Shown here: positions 1 through 21,357 of the stretch, one piece after another
How positions within the stretch are numbered: position 1 is the first letter of the stretch
Layout: every line of letters starts with the position of its first letter
Assembly: GCA_002269645.1 (NCBI GenBank)
Contig: NIVC01000940.1
Location: 16,839 to 80,838 of the forward strand
Reading direction: 5' to 3'
DNA: 64,000 nucleotides
DNA from: Macrostomum lignano
Taxonomy: Eukaryota
The notes under the pieces: generated by a model
Told to the model about the DNA's origin: nothing
What the model saw: the letters and a program-made list of their open reading frames with translations, nothing else
Database searches by the model: none
Translations under genes and position numbers: made by a program

Positions 1-596
1 GTCCGAGCCGCGGCTATCCGTGCATCTGTGCGATAAGGGCTTGCAAATGTTGGATTGCGGCAGGCAGCTCTGCCGCTGGCGCGATGTGCGATTACAGCCA
101 ATTGATGATCCAAAATCAGCGAAAGGGGAGGCCGATGCGCAGAGAAACAGCGGTAGGCCAGCGTAAACACTTGCGGCCTGTAGGCATTTTTTATGGCTTA
201 AAAACTTCCTTTTGCTCTGCGAATGATTTTTGCTTTCCCTCTGATATTTTCCGGAGCGCCTTTCTGTGACTGCGGCGGCGCTCGCGGCCTGTGTTTGTTT
301 GCCCGTGTTTACAGCAATGCGCTATCAATTTGCGCAATTATTGCTAATCCGGCTGTCCCCGCAACTGCCTGGCAGGCCGATCTGCGCAGTCTGCGACTCC
401 CCGCCTTGCGGCTCCGGCCTTGCCGAGTTCTGTGCGAGTTCGAGTCGAAAATTAGGCTTTTGCGCGGCTGCGCGCGCGTGCGAAATTCGATATGAGAATT
501 GAATTGATAATCAGTGCTGGGGGCTGCTCGGCATTGGCTGGCATGGAAACTGGCCCGCGGACTGGCGGCTCTGAGCGGCCAGCTTTGGAGATGGGT

Positions 597-880
<284 letters not shown>

Positions 881-1494
881 GTAATCGGAGAGGAGAGCAG
901 GCAGACATGACTTATTACTCGAAATCAGTTACAGATCCAGACGATCTGTGGATTAACTTTGGATGCACCCCTGCTTGAAAAAAAACAAGAAAAAGAATCA
1001 TTTGAATAATAATTTTTCGTAGCAAAGCGCAGACAGCAGAGTTGCTGCCAGCTTCAAGACTGATGCACTTTAAATTTTCAAATATTGTTTGTTTTCAACT
1101 ATTTAGACTGAAATTGCAAAACAGGTTTTTTCAATGCTAAAAACAGAGACTCAGGCCGGCAGGCGGGCAGTGCCTTGCATAGTTTGTACGGTATGAAAAT
1201 TGCAGTTATGAACAAGGACCACCAAAAATGCATATTAAAATTGAAGAGGCCAGCGGCAGTTAGCGGGTGAGCGAATTGTACACAGACGTTTGCGAAAGCA
1301 GATTAAATACAGATTTGAGGATGCAGATTTAGCTAGCAAAAATTATATATATTTTCTTCAGCAAAGCCAGGCAAAAGCCAGAGTGTGGTGTGCGCACGTG
1401 TGGTCCGAAAAAAATAACTTCTCATGTAGAGTTTGCAATAATTCCATGAATTAACACGAAGTCTTTGTGTATTGCTGTGAGGCATTGCGGTTTC

Positions 1495-2200
1495 CGGTCA
1501 TTGATAATCCGGGGATTAGGAATAAATTCTCAAGTCACTGATAATCCTGGGATTAGGAATAAACTCTCAAGGTCACTGATAATCCGGGGATTAGGAATAA
1601 CCTTTTAAGGTCATTGATAATCCGGGGATCGGGAATCAAGGTCGCTGATAATCCGGGGATTAGGAATCAAACTTTAAGGTCACTGATAATCCGGAGATTA
1701 GAAATCAAGGTCGCTGATAATCCGGGGATTAGGAATAAAGGTCGCTGATAATCCGGGGATTAGGAATCAAGGTCACTGATAATCCGGGGATCGAGAATCA
1801 AGGTCACTGATAATCCGGGGATCGAGAATCAAGGTCACTGATAATCCGGGGATTAGGAATCAAGGTCACTGATAATCCGGGGATTAGGAATCAAGGTCAC
1901 TGATAATCCGGGGATTAGGAATCAAGGTCACTGATAATCCGGGGATCGGGAATCAAGGTCACTGATAATCCGGGGATCGGGAATCAAGGTCACTGATAAT
2001 CCGGGGATTAGTAATCAAGGTCACTGATAATCCAGGGATTAGTAATCAAGGTCGCTGATAATCCGGGGATTAGGAATCAAGGTCACTGATAATCCGGGGA
2101 TTAGTAATCAAGGTCACTGATAATCCGGGGATTAGTAATCAAGGTCACTGATAATCCGGGGATTAGGAGTCAAGGTCACTGATAATCCGGGGATCGGGAG
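1495..2200. repeat. 31-bp minisatellite (CAAGGTCACTGATAATCCGGGGATTAGGAAT), about 23 copies
   Basis: Tandem units seen directly; ends about 80 bp downstream of the Frizzled stop. Confidence 0.95.
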
Positions 2201-2278
2201 TCGCTGTGCTCGAACTCAGCAGCACATACATGTCCAATATACGCACTTGGCATCTCCCCAAGTCCGAATCGCTCCAAG

Positions 2279-4348
2279 TCACACCTGAGAGCTGCTCGCC
2301 GAGCAGCTGCCGGTCAGCCGACCGCCCTTCCTAGAGGAGCCGCAGCCGCCACCGCTGCCGATGCCGCTGACTCCACAGCTGGGTGTCCGCTGATTCGGCA
2401 AGCCGCCGACGCCGCCGCCTTGCCGCGCCACCGACGCATAGGGGACGCCGCCAGCGCTGCCACCGGCGCCTCGGCGGCCGCCTCCGAAAGACGACTTCCG
2501 GCGAAGCAGCACCTGGCAGAAGCAGCGGCGCCACGCGTCCAGCGACTTGCCGTTGACCCAGACGACCAAGCCGGCCGGTAGGCCCGCAGCCAGCGACATG
2601 AACACCTGCGGGAATGAGATCGATTTGACGCAAATTATAGTTCAGTTGGAATCATTAAAGTTTGAATGGGGATCTTGGGATTTGGATCATTCGCCTAAGG
2701 AGGCGATGTGGCCTGAGTGAGCACCAACCTTGAGCATGTACAGCGCAGACGAGGGCCGGCGCTCGGGGCTGCAGTCGGCGCCGAGGTCCAGCCGCAGCCC
2801 GGAGGCCTCGGCGCAGTGCGGCTTGGCCAGCACGGCCCGCAGGCTGGCAGCCCAGCCGGGCCGCTCCGCCAGCTCGTAGAAGGCCGCGGACAGCACGCAC
2901 AGGGTGGGCAAGACGAACAAGAAGGAGAACAGGCTGATCTTCGTCATCAGCTTCTCCAGCCGGCGGAAGCCGAGGTTGCCGCTCCATTTGAGGCTGTCGC
3001 GGACGGTCACGGAGGAGCAGAGGCCGCAGGTCAGAAAGCCCAGGCCCAGCAGCAAGGCGCCGGCGCACGGCCCGATGACGAAGGCGACCAGGTTGAAGGG
3101 CTGCGAGCCGTCCACCACGCACAGGTGGGTGAGCTCGTCGGCCTCGATGCGGTGCAGCACCAGCAGCAGCACGCTGAGCAGCAGGGGGAGGCCCCAGGCC
3201 GCCAGGTGCATCCACACCGACTTGGCCGACAGGGCCTCGTGCGCCCACTTCTTGACCGCGCACAGGTACCAGCAGATTGTGAGGGCCAGCCACCACAGCA
3301 GGCCGGCCAGCCAGCTGCTGTACAGCAGGAGGAACACCGCGGCGCACCATTGGCCGGCGTACTGGCTGACCAAGTGCCGGTCTCGGCCGTCCAAGCGGTG
3401 GCTACTGCAGGCCAGGTCGGGGCCCAGGAAGGCCCGCAGCAGGTGCGCTGCGGAGTACACGGCGTAGCAGACCGCCACCCACACGATGGGCCGCTCGGGG
3501 AACTTGAAGCGGTCGCTGTCCAGCAGGAAGGTGGCCACGGCCATGCCGGTGCAGGCCAGGCAGAGGCTGGCCCACAGCGTCATCCACACCGAGGCCAGCT
3601 GCTTGTCCTCGGCAGAAAACAGCAGGCTGGCGTGGCACCGCGGCGCACAGGAGCTGTTGGGCTCCTGGCCGAGCCGGACCTCGGCGGCCGAGCACTGTCT
3701 GGCACCCGAAGGTGACTCGGCGCCGCTGCGGTTTTTCGGCGGCGGCTGCTGCGGCGGCGGTGGCGGCGGCGGCGGCAGAGGCCGGTTCGGCCGGTCCTCC
3801 ATGCCGACATGGTGGACACCGAACGGGTACTTGCGCTGCTTCAAGTTGTCCAGCTCGGCGTTGAATTCGTCGTGCTTCGGCACCAGGCAGAGGTGCTTGG
3901 ACTTGCTGGACGGCAGCGGCTCGCAGGCCAGGCGGTCAGGCCAGCCGTAGCCGTGGGTCTGCATCACCGGCTCGCAGAGACCGCGTATTCTGAAGCAGAA
4001 CTCGCGACACGGCCGCACCAACAGATGCTGCTGCTCGTTGCAGAATGGCAGGTGCATGGAGCAGACGAACAAGCGCAGGAAAGGTGCGCAGCGCGCTTTG
4101 ATCAGTTCGCTGAACTGGTGCAGCAGAGTGGCCACATCGTTCTGCGTGCCCAGAGCCAAATGGTCCGATGTGCTGCTGTAGTTCAGGCCTTTGCACATTG
4201 GCACAGTTATATCCACTGGGTTGCACTGCGGCGGTCGGCCCAGATCTTCTGGATCACCGCGCAGGTCGCCTAGCTGGGCCCGGCAGAGGACCAGCCAGCA
4301 TAGTAGCAGCAGTAGCAGCAGGGGCTGCAGGCGGCAACGCAGCTGCAT
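2279..4348 (-). CDS. FZD: Frizzled receptor, about 648 aa; exons 4348-2729 and 2605-2279
   Basis: Signal peptide; 10-Cys CRD (CNPVDITVPMC...CEPVMQTHGYGWPDRLAC); 7TM region (RFKFPERPIVW, WGLP); GT-AG intron 2728-2606 joins LYMLK to VFMSL; KSLDAW (KTxxxW-type motif); C-terminal SQV PDZ-type motif. Subfamily not assigned. Confidence 0.95.
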
Positions 4349-4595
4349 TGCCTTTGTTTCGCACTTCAGTTGCAGGGAAATCAGGGAGTTTCAGCCTGAC
4401 ACAGTTTCGCGGCTGGATAACTTCTTAGAGGGAGTGTCATTGACTCTTGCTCTTAATGTCTTGTTTGCGTTTGCCTATATAATTCAGATAATTTCAGACA
4501 GTGAGTGCGTGGAGGGCCGGCCGCCTTGGGGGGTTGCGGTTGGTTCAGGGCTCCTAAATTGCAATGTACGCACAGAGCGGGACAGGCCTGCCGCT

Positions 4596-4600
4596 ATTGG
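4596..4600 (-). promoter_or_regulatory. Possible CCAAT box upstream of Frizzled
   Basis: AGCCAATAG on the minus strand about 250 bp upstream of the ATG; short motif only. Confidence 0.25.
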
Positions 4601-5469
4601 CTGAACAGCCAGCCCCCCAACCCACCCCCTTATTCTAGTCCCTCATTCGTTTTAGCCCAGCGTGACACCAGGAGAATTCTTCCACGCCCAAGCGCATGCC
4701 TCGGCCCAGGGTAATTTTCTCTGGGGCTCCCCTGACCCCCCCACTGGCCTGGCCCCTGAGGCGTGAGAGAGAAGGCCTGGGCAAGCCCAGGCCGTCATTA
4801 ATCAACGTCGGAAGTCGCGGTCGGTAAATCCCGCCTCCCCCGAATACCCCCAATCGCTCCCCCACCGTAAGCGAAACCCTCCAACAGAACAACAAAAAGA
4901 AGCCGCCTTTAGGCTGGTCCCCGCTGCCGCCGCCGCCGCCCGTAAAACTGTAAAAAGAGCCCCCGGCCCCTCGCTGGGTGGAGCAAATAAACCAACATAA
5001 AAGAAATTGGGCAAATAAACCACCAAACTTTTGGGGCAAAGAAGGCAGATTGCTCTGAAGCGTTGGTGGCAGCCAAGGGGCGCTAAAGCATCGGAATTGG
5101 AAGTCCCCACTCCGAGGCCATATATTTGCTCCATTCAAAATCCAAACACCTAAGACCTAAGCAGTGCGATTCGACACTCGACTTGATGGTTGGGTGGGGC
5201 AAGTGAAATTGCTTCGAAATCGACACTAATTTGAATGCTTAACCTTTCTTTAGCAAGCCAGCTGTGTAATCATGTAAGGATTCGGAGCTGGAATCAATGC
5301 AAGATGCTTTTGCAGCGTTTGTCTGGGCTTTATAAGCTCGCCCTGGAAAGTGTGGATTTTTGACAGCAGCCTGACAGTTGCGAAAGTGGCAAGCACAAAG
5401 CACAAACTGACAGAAGCGCGAGTTGGGAATTTTTCAGCCTTCAGTTCTGGGCCTCAGATTCTAAGCCTC

Positions 5470-5964
5470 TAAGATCGGAGTGGCGCCAGTTCTAGATCGG
5501 AGTGGCGCCAGTTCTAGATCGGAGTGGCGCCAGTTATAGATCGGAGTGGCGCCAGTTCTAGATTGGAGTGGCGCCAGTTCTAAGATCGGAGTGGCGCCAG
5601 CTCTAGATCGGTGTGGCGCCAGTTCTAGATCGGAGTGGCGCCAGTTCTAAGATCGGTGTGGCGCCAGTTCTAGATCGGAGTGGCGCCAGTTCTAGATTGG
5701 AGTGGCGCCAGTTCTAAGATCGGAGTGGCGCCAGCTCTAGATCGGTGTGGCGCCAGTTCTAGATCGGAGTGGCGCCAGTTCTAAGATCGGTGTGGCGCCA
5801 GTTCTAGATCGGAGTGGCGCCAGTTCTAGATTGGAGTGGCGCCAGTTCTAGATCGGAGTGGCGCCAGTTCTAGATCGGAGTGGCGCCAGTTCTAGATCGG
5901 AGTGGCGCCAGTTCTAGATCGGAGTGGCGCCAGTTCTAGATCGGAGTTGCGCCAGTTCTAGATC
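5470..5964. repeat. 22-bp minisatellite (TCTAGATCGGAGTGGCGCCAGT), about 22 copies
   Basis: Tandem units seen directly. Confidence 0.95.
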
Positions 5965-6719
5965 GGATCGGTTCGGTAACAGGGGAAGTTCCGAGGCGGG
6001 AACTAGCTCGTACTTTGTCCTGTAACTGAACCTGCACGGCTGCAGCTATAGCAGAGAGCAATATATTTTTTGAAATTTAAAACGCCAACAGCCATTTAGC
6101 ACTTCGCTACAATTTGTGCATAGCAGCAGCTGCAATTTTGATGGGTAATTAAGTAGCAGCAACAGGCAGGTAAAGCAATCCATTTATGACCAGAAACAGA
6201 AGTTTTGGCTACAAGAAGAACTGCTGCAGCCACCGCAGAAGTTGCAATTTTCGGAGAACAGCTTGCAGAAGCGAATTCACTAATATTTGCATGTTCTGCT
6301 TGCTACATTCGAGCTTGGCTTCCCCGTCTGCTTTTTTTCGCATTTTCGAAGTAATTCTGTCCGAGATTCGATGAGGCAGTGTCTTGCTGGCTGGAATCTG
6401 GACCCTTGTGATGCAGCTGCCTGCCAATGGTATTTTCTGAGAAATATCAGAAATTCTATCCTAGCCAAGAGGCTTAGGCGTGAACCGTGGGAAATCAGCA
6501 TTTGTGTATTCCGGACGGCTTCTCCGGAAATATTTTTTTATTTCTCTTGTCTGGGTGGCTGGCGGCTGTACTTTGCGAATCCTAAGAATCCGGCAGACGA
6601 TTGCTTCTGCATATTCTGCATGCTTCACACAGAAATCTGAGGTGTGATTGCTTGCAGGCTTTGCATTGTGCCTTGCTGTTGCCTTTCTTTTAGGCGAGAC
6701 TCTCATTGTTGAGTGACTG

Positions 6720-7008
6720 CCAACTCATCACACCGACAGGGGCGTAGCCAAGGGGGGGGGTCATGGGGTGACTGTGACCCCCCCCCCAGAAGGAAATCCT
6801 GGCTACGTCACTGCACACCGAAGTGACAGTGGCAACCCGATGTCCAACTCATCACACCTGAAGCAACAGTGGCAACCCGATGTCCAACTCATCACACCTG
6901 AAGCAACAGTGGCAACCCGATGTCCAACTCATCACACCTGAAGCAACAGTGGCAACCCGATGTCCAACTCATCACACCTGAAGCAACAGTGGCAACCCGA
7001 TGTCCAAT
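6720..7008. repeat. 40-bp minisatellite (CCAACTCATCACACCTGAAGCAACAGTGGCAACCCGATGT); first unit interrupted by a MITE
   Basis: About 5 tandem units. Confidence 0.9.
6737..6813. mobile_element. 77-bp hAT-type MITE
   Basis: 14-bp TIR CAGGGGCGTAGCCA / TGGCTACGTCACTG (12/14 match); perfect 8-bp TSD CACACCGA at 6729-6736 and 6814-6821. Confidence 0.85.
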
Positions 7009-7022
7009 TCAGCCCTTCATCT

Positions 7023-7195
7023 GACCGAAATATCACATGACCGAAATATCACATGACCGAAATATCATATGACCGAAATATCGCATGACCGAAATATCGC
7101 ATGACCGAAATATCGCATGACCGAAATATCACATGACCGAAATATCACATGACCGAAATATCACATGACAGAAATATCACATGACCGAAACATCA
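7023..7195. repeat. 16-bp minisatellite (GACCGAAATATCACAT)
   Basis: About 11 tandem units. Confidence 0.95.
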
Positions 7196-7719
7196 CAATT
7201 GTCTAATGAACTTTCGGTTTTGTGGTACCATGTGTTTCGGCCCCATACAGTATATCGATACAAGGACGACTAAAGTAACGTAGCTCGTATATATCTACTT
7301 AGTAGTCCTTGGATCGATAGCTGCAGGATTCCTGCAGACACAAAGAGGCGGTCTTTGTGCGCCTGTTTGCCTGGAGAAAAGCCCCATCGTAAATCACGAG
7401 TCCGCGCGGAACGCGCACGCTGTTTGCCGTTTCTTCTTTCACAGCTAGGGCTCCACCGGGGCGCGAGCTTGGAAAACATTTGCCGTTTTATGGGCCCCTT
7501 TATACCCGCCAGATAAGGATAAGGGCCGCTGATGGGGCCGCTCCGCCCTTTGATGTCTGCCTGCCCATCCATGAACACACACGGTTACCTGCCCTGCCCT
7601 GCCCTGCACTGTCTGGACTGCAGTTTGGTTAAATCCATTTCAGATCTCACCTAATCCCCGTTGCCACTCTTCCTTGCTGCTCCCTTCCTTAGCTCTCCCC
7701 TTCACATCTTCTCTCCCTT

Positions 7720-8560
7720 CTCTCATCCCCTACTCTCATCCCTTAATCTCATCCCCTTCTCTCATCTCCTACTCTCATCCCCTACTCTCATCCCCTTCTC
7801 TCATCCCCTTCTCTCATCCCCTTTTCTCATCCCCTACTCTCATCCCCTACTCTCATCCCTTACTCTCATACCTTACTCTCATCCCCTACTCTCATCCCCT
7901 ACTCTCATCCCCTACTCTCATCCCCTACTCTCATCCCCTACTCTCATCTCCAATTCTCATCCCCTACTCTCATCCCCTACTCTCATCCCCTACTCTCATC
8001 CCCTACTCTCATCCCCTACTCTCATCCCCTACTCTCATCTCCAATTCTCATCCCCTACTCTCATCCCCTACTCTCATCCCTTACTCTCATCCCTTACTCT
8101 TATCCCCTACTCTCATCCCCTACTCTCATCCCCTACTCTCATCCCCTACTCTCATCTCCTACTCTTATCCCCTACTCTCATCTCCTACTCTCATCCCCTA
8201 CTCTCATCCCCTACTCTCATTTCCTACTCTCATCCCCTACACCCCCCTTCTCTCATCCCTTACTCTCATCCTACTCTCATCCCCTACTCTCATCCCCTAC
8301 TCTCATCCCCTATTCTCATCCCCTACTCTCATCTCCTACTCTTATCCCCTACTCTTATAACCCTCTCTAATCCCCCTCTTTCGTCCCCTTCTCTCATCTA
8401 CTCTCATCCCCTACTCTCATCCCCTACTCTCATCCCCTACTCTCATCTTCTACTCTTATCCCCTACTCTTATAACCCTCTATAATCCCCCTCTTTCGTCC
8501 CCTTCTCTCATCTCCTACTCTCATCTCTTCTCAAACCCTTCTCTCATTCCCTCTTATCCT
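7720..8560. repeat. 13-bp pyrimidine-rich minisatellite (CTCATCCCCTACT)
   Basis: Tandem degenerate units. Confidence 0.95.
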
Positions 8561-9169
8561 CTTTTATCAATTTCTTCCCCTCCTAATCCGTCAAACGCTC
8601 TCCAAATTATTTTCTCCCATCGCAAGTAATTTCCAGGTGTTCAGCCGAACGCAGCTTTTCAAACTTTTCAAGCGGAGCCCGCATGACTTAGCGGCAGACA
8701 AGCGTTAGGCCTGCGATTTCATTAGGAATCTAGTTGCCCATGAGAATCCCAGCAGCCTCTCTGCCTGCTCAATAAATCAAAGGCATCCGCATGGAGCGCC
8801 CAGGCCATAAAACTGTCTCGCAGCGGGGCATCCCGCCCCGCGCTGCGGGCCTCAGGCAGGAGGTCACGGCTGGCGCTGGCGGGCATTCTGGGAAACCGCT
8901 GGCCGGACTGCTTTTCCCTGCCGCATCCCCCCGGGGTCCCTGTGCCGATGATTAAGAGGGGCGATCGCCAAGGCGGGGGGAGAGGGCGGCGGCCATACTT
9001 CGCCCCTGCTGCTTGACAGAGTGCAGGCAGAGCCAAGGAGCAGGCGGCTGAGTTCTGCTGAGCTCGCTACAACCCAGGAGCTGTGAGTGCGACTTATGCG
9101 ATTATGAGTGCGCCTTTCGGTTTGTGTCTCACTCCACTCGCTGTCCTGTGTACTTATTATCCTGTTACT

Positions 9170-9792
9170 TCTCATCTTTCCCTCTCACCCTTCTGTCTCA
9201 CGTCCCCGTCTACCCCTCTCTAACCTCCTTCTCTCACTTCTTCTCTCCCTCTCTCACCTCCCTCTCTCACCCCTTCTCTCCCTCTCTCACCTCCCTCTCT
9301 CACCCCTTCTCTCCCTCTCTCACCCCTTCTCTCCCTCTCTCACCTCCTTCTCTCACCCCTTCTCTCTCTCTCTCACCCCTTCTCTCCCTCTCTCACCCCT
9401 TCTCTCCCTCTCTCACCTCCCTCTCTCACCCCTTCTCTCTCCCTCTCTCACCACTTCTCTCCCTCTCTCACCACTTCTCTCCCTCTCTCACTTCCCTCTC
9501 TCACCCCTTCTCTCCCTCTCTCACCTCCTTCTCTCACCCCTTCTCTCCCTCTCTCACCCCTTCTCTCCCTCCCTCTCTCACCCCTTCTCTCCCTCTCTCA
9601 CCCCTTCTCTCCCTCTCTCACCTCCTTCTCTCACCCCTTCTCTCCCTCTCTCACCCCTTCTCTCCCTCCCTCTCTCACCCCTTCTTTCCCTCTCTTTACC
9701 CTTCTCTCCTTCCCTCTCTCACCTCCTTCTCTCTTCTCTCACCCCTTCTCTCCCTCTCTCACCACCTTCTCTCCTTCCCTCCCTCTCTCACT
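9170..9792. repeat. CT-rich low-complexity tandem repeat
   Basis: CTCTCTCACCCCTTCTCTCC-like units. Confidence 0.95.
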
Positions 9793-10372
9793 CAAATATG
9801 ATTTGAGCACTGCAGTCCAGTCTTCTAATTCTGAACCTGAACATCTCGAAGCTACTGAACGCACCAGAATGATGCGTGATTCACTCTCCCATTGTCCCAG
9901 ACGTCAATAATCTGACTGGCTCCTGGCTGACAACTGCACAGCCTGCTTGAACAGCAGTTGCAGCTGGCGGTCATACACTGAACTGGCATGCGAGGGATTG
10001 CGCAACCCCTCTACAAGCGTAGCTCCCCGCTGCAGCCGACGCGAAAGCAATGATTTATTACTTATTGGCGTCGCGCTTCTGCTGTCTGTCTAAGTGTGCG
10101 ATACCGGACGGGCACCGAGAGCCTACTATGAGTAGAGTGATTTGCTTCTTTGCTGACTATTTTGATTCACTTTATTAATAGCAAGGACTACTTAACTAGA
10201 AGGACGCTAAACTCTAAAATGGTGGCAATATAGTTGAAGGCAGATTTTTCTTTTCCCTGTAAATTTTGATAAGTTGCACGTATGAAGATGATGTTTTCAC
10301 TCGGAAGCGCTAGTGGTCCTTGATTAATAGCTTCACAGGATTGTCGTGCATTCACTGAATTGTAAATGCATT

Positions 10373-10825
10373 CACAGGATTGTACGTGCATCCACTGGAT
10401 TGTACATGCATTCACTGGACTGTACATGCATCCACTGGATTGTACATACATTCACCGGATTGTACATGCATTCACTGGACGGTACATGCATCCACTGGAT
10501 TGTACATGCATTCACTGGATTGTACATGCATTCAATGGATTGTACATGCATTCACTGGATTGTACATGCATTCAATGGATTGTACATGCGTCTACTGGAT
10601 TTTACATGCATTCACTTGATTATAGATGCATTCACTGGATTGTACATGCATTCAATGATTGTACATGCATTCAATGGATTGTACATGCATTCACTGGATT
10701 GTACATGCATTCAATGGATTGTACATGCGTCTACTGGATTTTACATGCATTCACTTGATTATAGATGCATTCACTGGATTGTACATGCATTCACTAGATT
10801 GTACATTCATTCACAGGATTGTACG
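10373..10825. repeat. 20-bp minisatellite (TTGTACATGCATTCACTGGA)
   Basis: About 22 tandem units. Confidence 0.95.
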
Positions 10826-11250
10826 GACAACCGTAGCGAGAGAAGTGTATCTTTAATGGACTGTAAAGTGCCGTTGGATCGCAGGAGCTTCAATTATTTG
10901 GTCGTGAAGTTGGTGTGATCAAAGACTTCTTTGAGATCGAAAGCTGCTTACCTCATAAAAAGTTTCGGATCTTTACGAGCCAGGGTCACTATCAGGTAAG
11001 ACGAAGCAGGTTTCATCTCTCCCAACCCAGCGCATCATTAGTGAAGACTTCCCAACGGACTCCATACTGCTCACCTGAGCACGCTTGACAGCACATTTAC
11101 AACCTGAGCAGCAGTAGGCCGGCCAGAGCTCCACCTGCAGGCAGTACCTGAGGCAGCTCTGCGACAAGTTGACTGCACGCGCTGCCATCAATGATTCATG
11201 AGCAGCAGTAGGCTGTCCAGCTTGCATTGTTGACTGTCTGTTGTTCCGCT

Positions 11251-11264
11251 GTAGCCTTGGCAAC
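11251..11264 (+). promoter_or_regulatory. Candidate RFX X-box upstream of PKD2
   Basis: GTAGCCTTGGCAAC fits GTNRCC-N2-RGYAAC; an extra half-site TAGCAAC follows; donor ACG|GTGAGC at 11388/11389 suggests a non-coding first exon. Confidence 0.45.
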
Positions 11265-11549
11265 TGCATAGCAACGGGCCCACAGAAGCCAGTGCTATGG
11301 GGGCAGCGCGATGGTTTTTAAAGTCGTGAAATTCTGAGGCTGGAATTGCAACGAGGAGAGAAGAGGAGACTCAGCGCACTTGAGAACGGTGAGCAGTGAA
11401 CTATTCTTTAGCAATTGTCCCTTGAGTTATTTTGCATCAACCATGCCAAGGCCACACTGCCGAGTCTTACAGCATCAAGAATTACACAAACCCACAACCA
11501 AACAACCCAGGTGCAAGTCCGCTAACTGAGACCCAAAACACACAACCTC

Positions 11550-11973
11550 CCCAGGTGCAAAACTCACTCACTGACCCGGAACCCACCATCAGCCAGGTGC
11601 AAATCTAACTCACTGACCCGGAACCCACCATCAGCCAGGTGCAAATCTCACTCACTGACCGGAACCCACCATCAGCCAGGTGCAAATCTCACTCACTGAC
11701 CCGGAACCCACCATCAGCCAGGTGCAAATCTCGCTCACTGACCCGGAACCCACCATCAGCCAGGTGCAAAACTCACTCACTGACCCGGAACCCACCATCA
11801 GCCAGGTGCAAAACTCACTCACTGACCCGGAACCCACCATCAGCCAGGTGCAAATCTCACTCACTGACCCGGAACCCACCATCAGCCAGGTGCAAATCTC
11901 GCTCACTGACCCGGAACCCACCATCAGCCAGGTGCAAAACTCACTCACTGACCCGGAAACCACCATCAGCCAG
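11550..11973. repeat. 42-bp minisatellite in the predicted PKD2 5'-UTR intron (11389-12024)
   Basis: AGGTGCAAATCTCACTCACTGACCCGGAACCCACCATCAGCC, about 10 copies. Confidence 0.95.
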
Positions 11974-12049
11974 GCGCGACTCCAGGCTTTCCACCCCCCT
12001 CCCCCCCAATCAGTCATTCCGCAGTTTTTGAATTCGCGCCAAAATCGCC

Positions 12050-20449
<8,400 letters not shown>

Positions 20450-21357
20450 GCTCCGAGGGCCCGGGATTGACTCGATTTCTGAGAAAAAACTCTATTTTTA
20501 AACTGTAATGAACTACTCTAAGTAGCAGAGTTGGCACCATTTGACTCTGGATCTGGAACTCGGACATCCGCTTAGATTCCATTGCAATAGAGCTACAGGG
20601 AAGCAGATTAGAAATCAATAGATATTTGGCTTCTTATAAATGGTAAGAACAAGCGCTGTTTTTTCTACTGATAGTAGAGTAGCTGGAAAAAACGATAAAA
20701 TAGAAAATAAGATAAGATACTGAAATGTTTCAGGTTTTCATCCTCTCAAGATTTTTTGATACAAACGTTGTTTTGCTTCAACTCGAGCTGTCATTCAGCA
20801 ACTGAGTTTTAGAGTGCCCTGAAGTCCTGTTCCATTTCAGAAACATTTTACCTGAGCTCTGGCCATCACCGATCAGTTGAATCTCGCTAAACTGAATTCC
20901 AGCTCCAAAATTTATCAATCCAACTAAAAGTTTTTCTGGGTTTTTTTTTCATTCAGTCAGAAATGTGCAGCTCAGCCTACTTGCAGTATGCGAGCATGCG
21001 AGTTCTAAATTACTTTTTTTGATCAGAAGATTTAAATATAAATAAACCTCACAATTCCTTCTTGGCATGACAAAAAATCCTCAATTTTTTCTAACCATGT
21101 TGTTTTTTTAGTTAAAATATAAGAAAATCATACAAAACCAAGTACATTTCCATACCGCAAGTAAAATGTTTTAGAAAAAAAGTCTTAAAACAACAACATC
21201 ATGTATTTTTAAATTACAAGCTATGGATTGTAAGTACATTTGAACTTTTAGAATCCCCAGTATGCACTGGAGTCTCATGCTCAGGGCTTAAAGTGAATTA
21301 TTTCATGCTTGTTGAAATAAATATCGATTCAAATTCTGACGAACGAAGCCAAAAATA

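Noticed and set aside
2655-3950. Long ORFs antisense or out of frame to Frizzled (e.g. 2717-3715, 332 aa)
   Set aside because: Shadow ORFs of GC-rich coding DNA with no recognisable domain
7661-9806. Ser/Pro/Leu/His-rich ORFs
   Set aside because: Stop-poor pyrimidine tandem repeats
9830-11280. Cys-rich CXC-like peptide fragments on the minus strand
   Set aside because: Short, interrupted by stops and by the 20-bp array; no family can be supported
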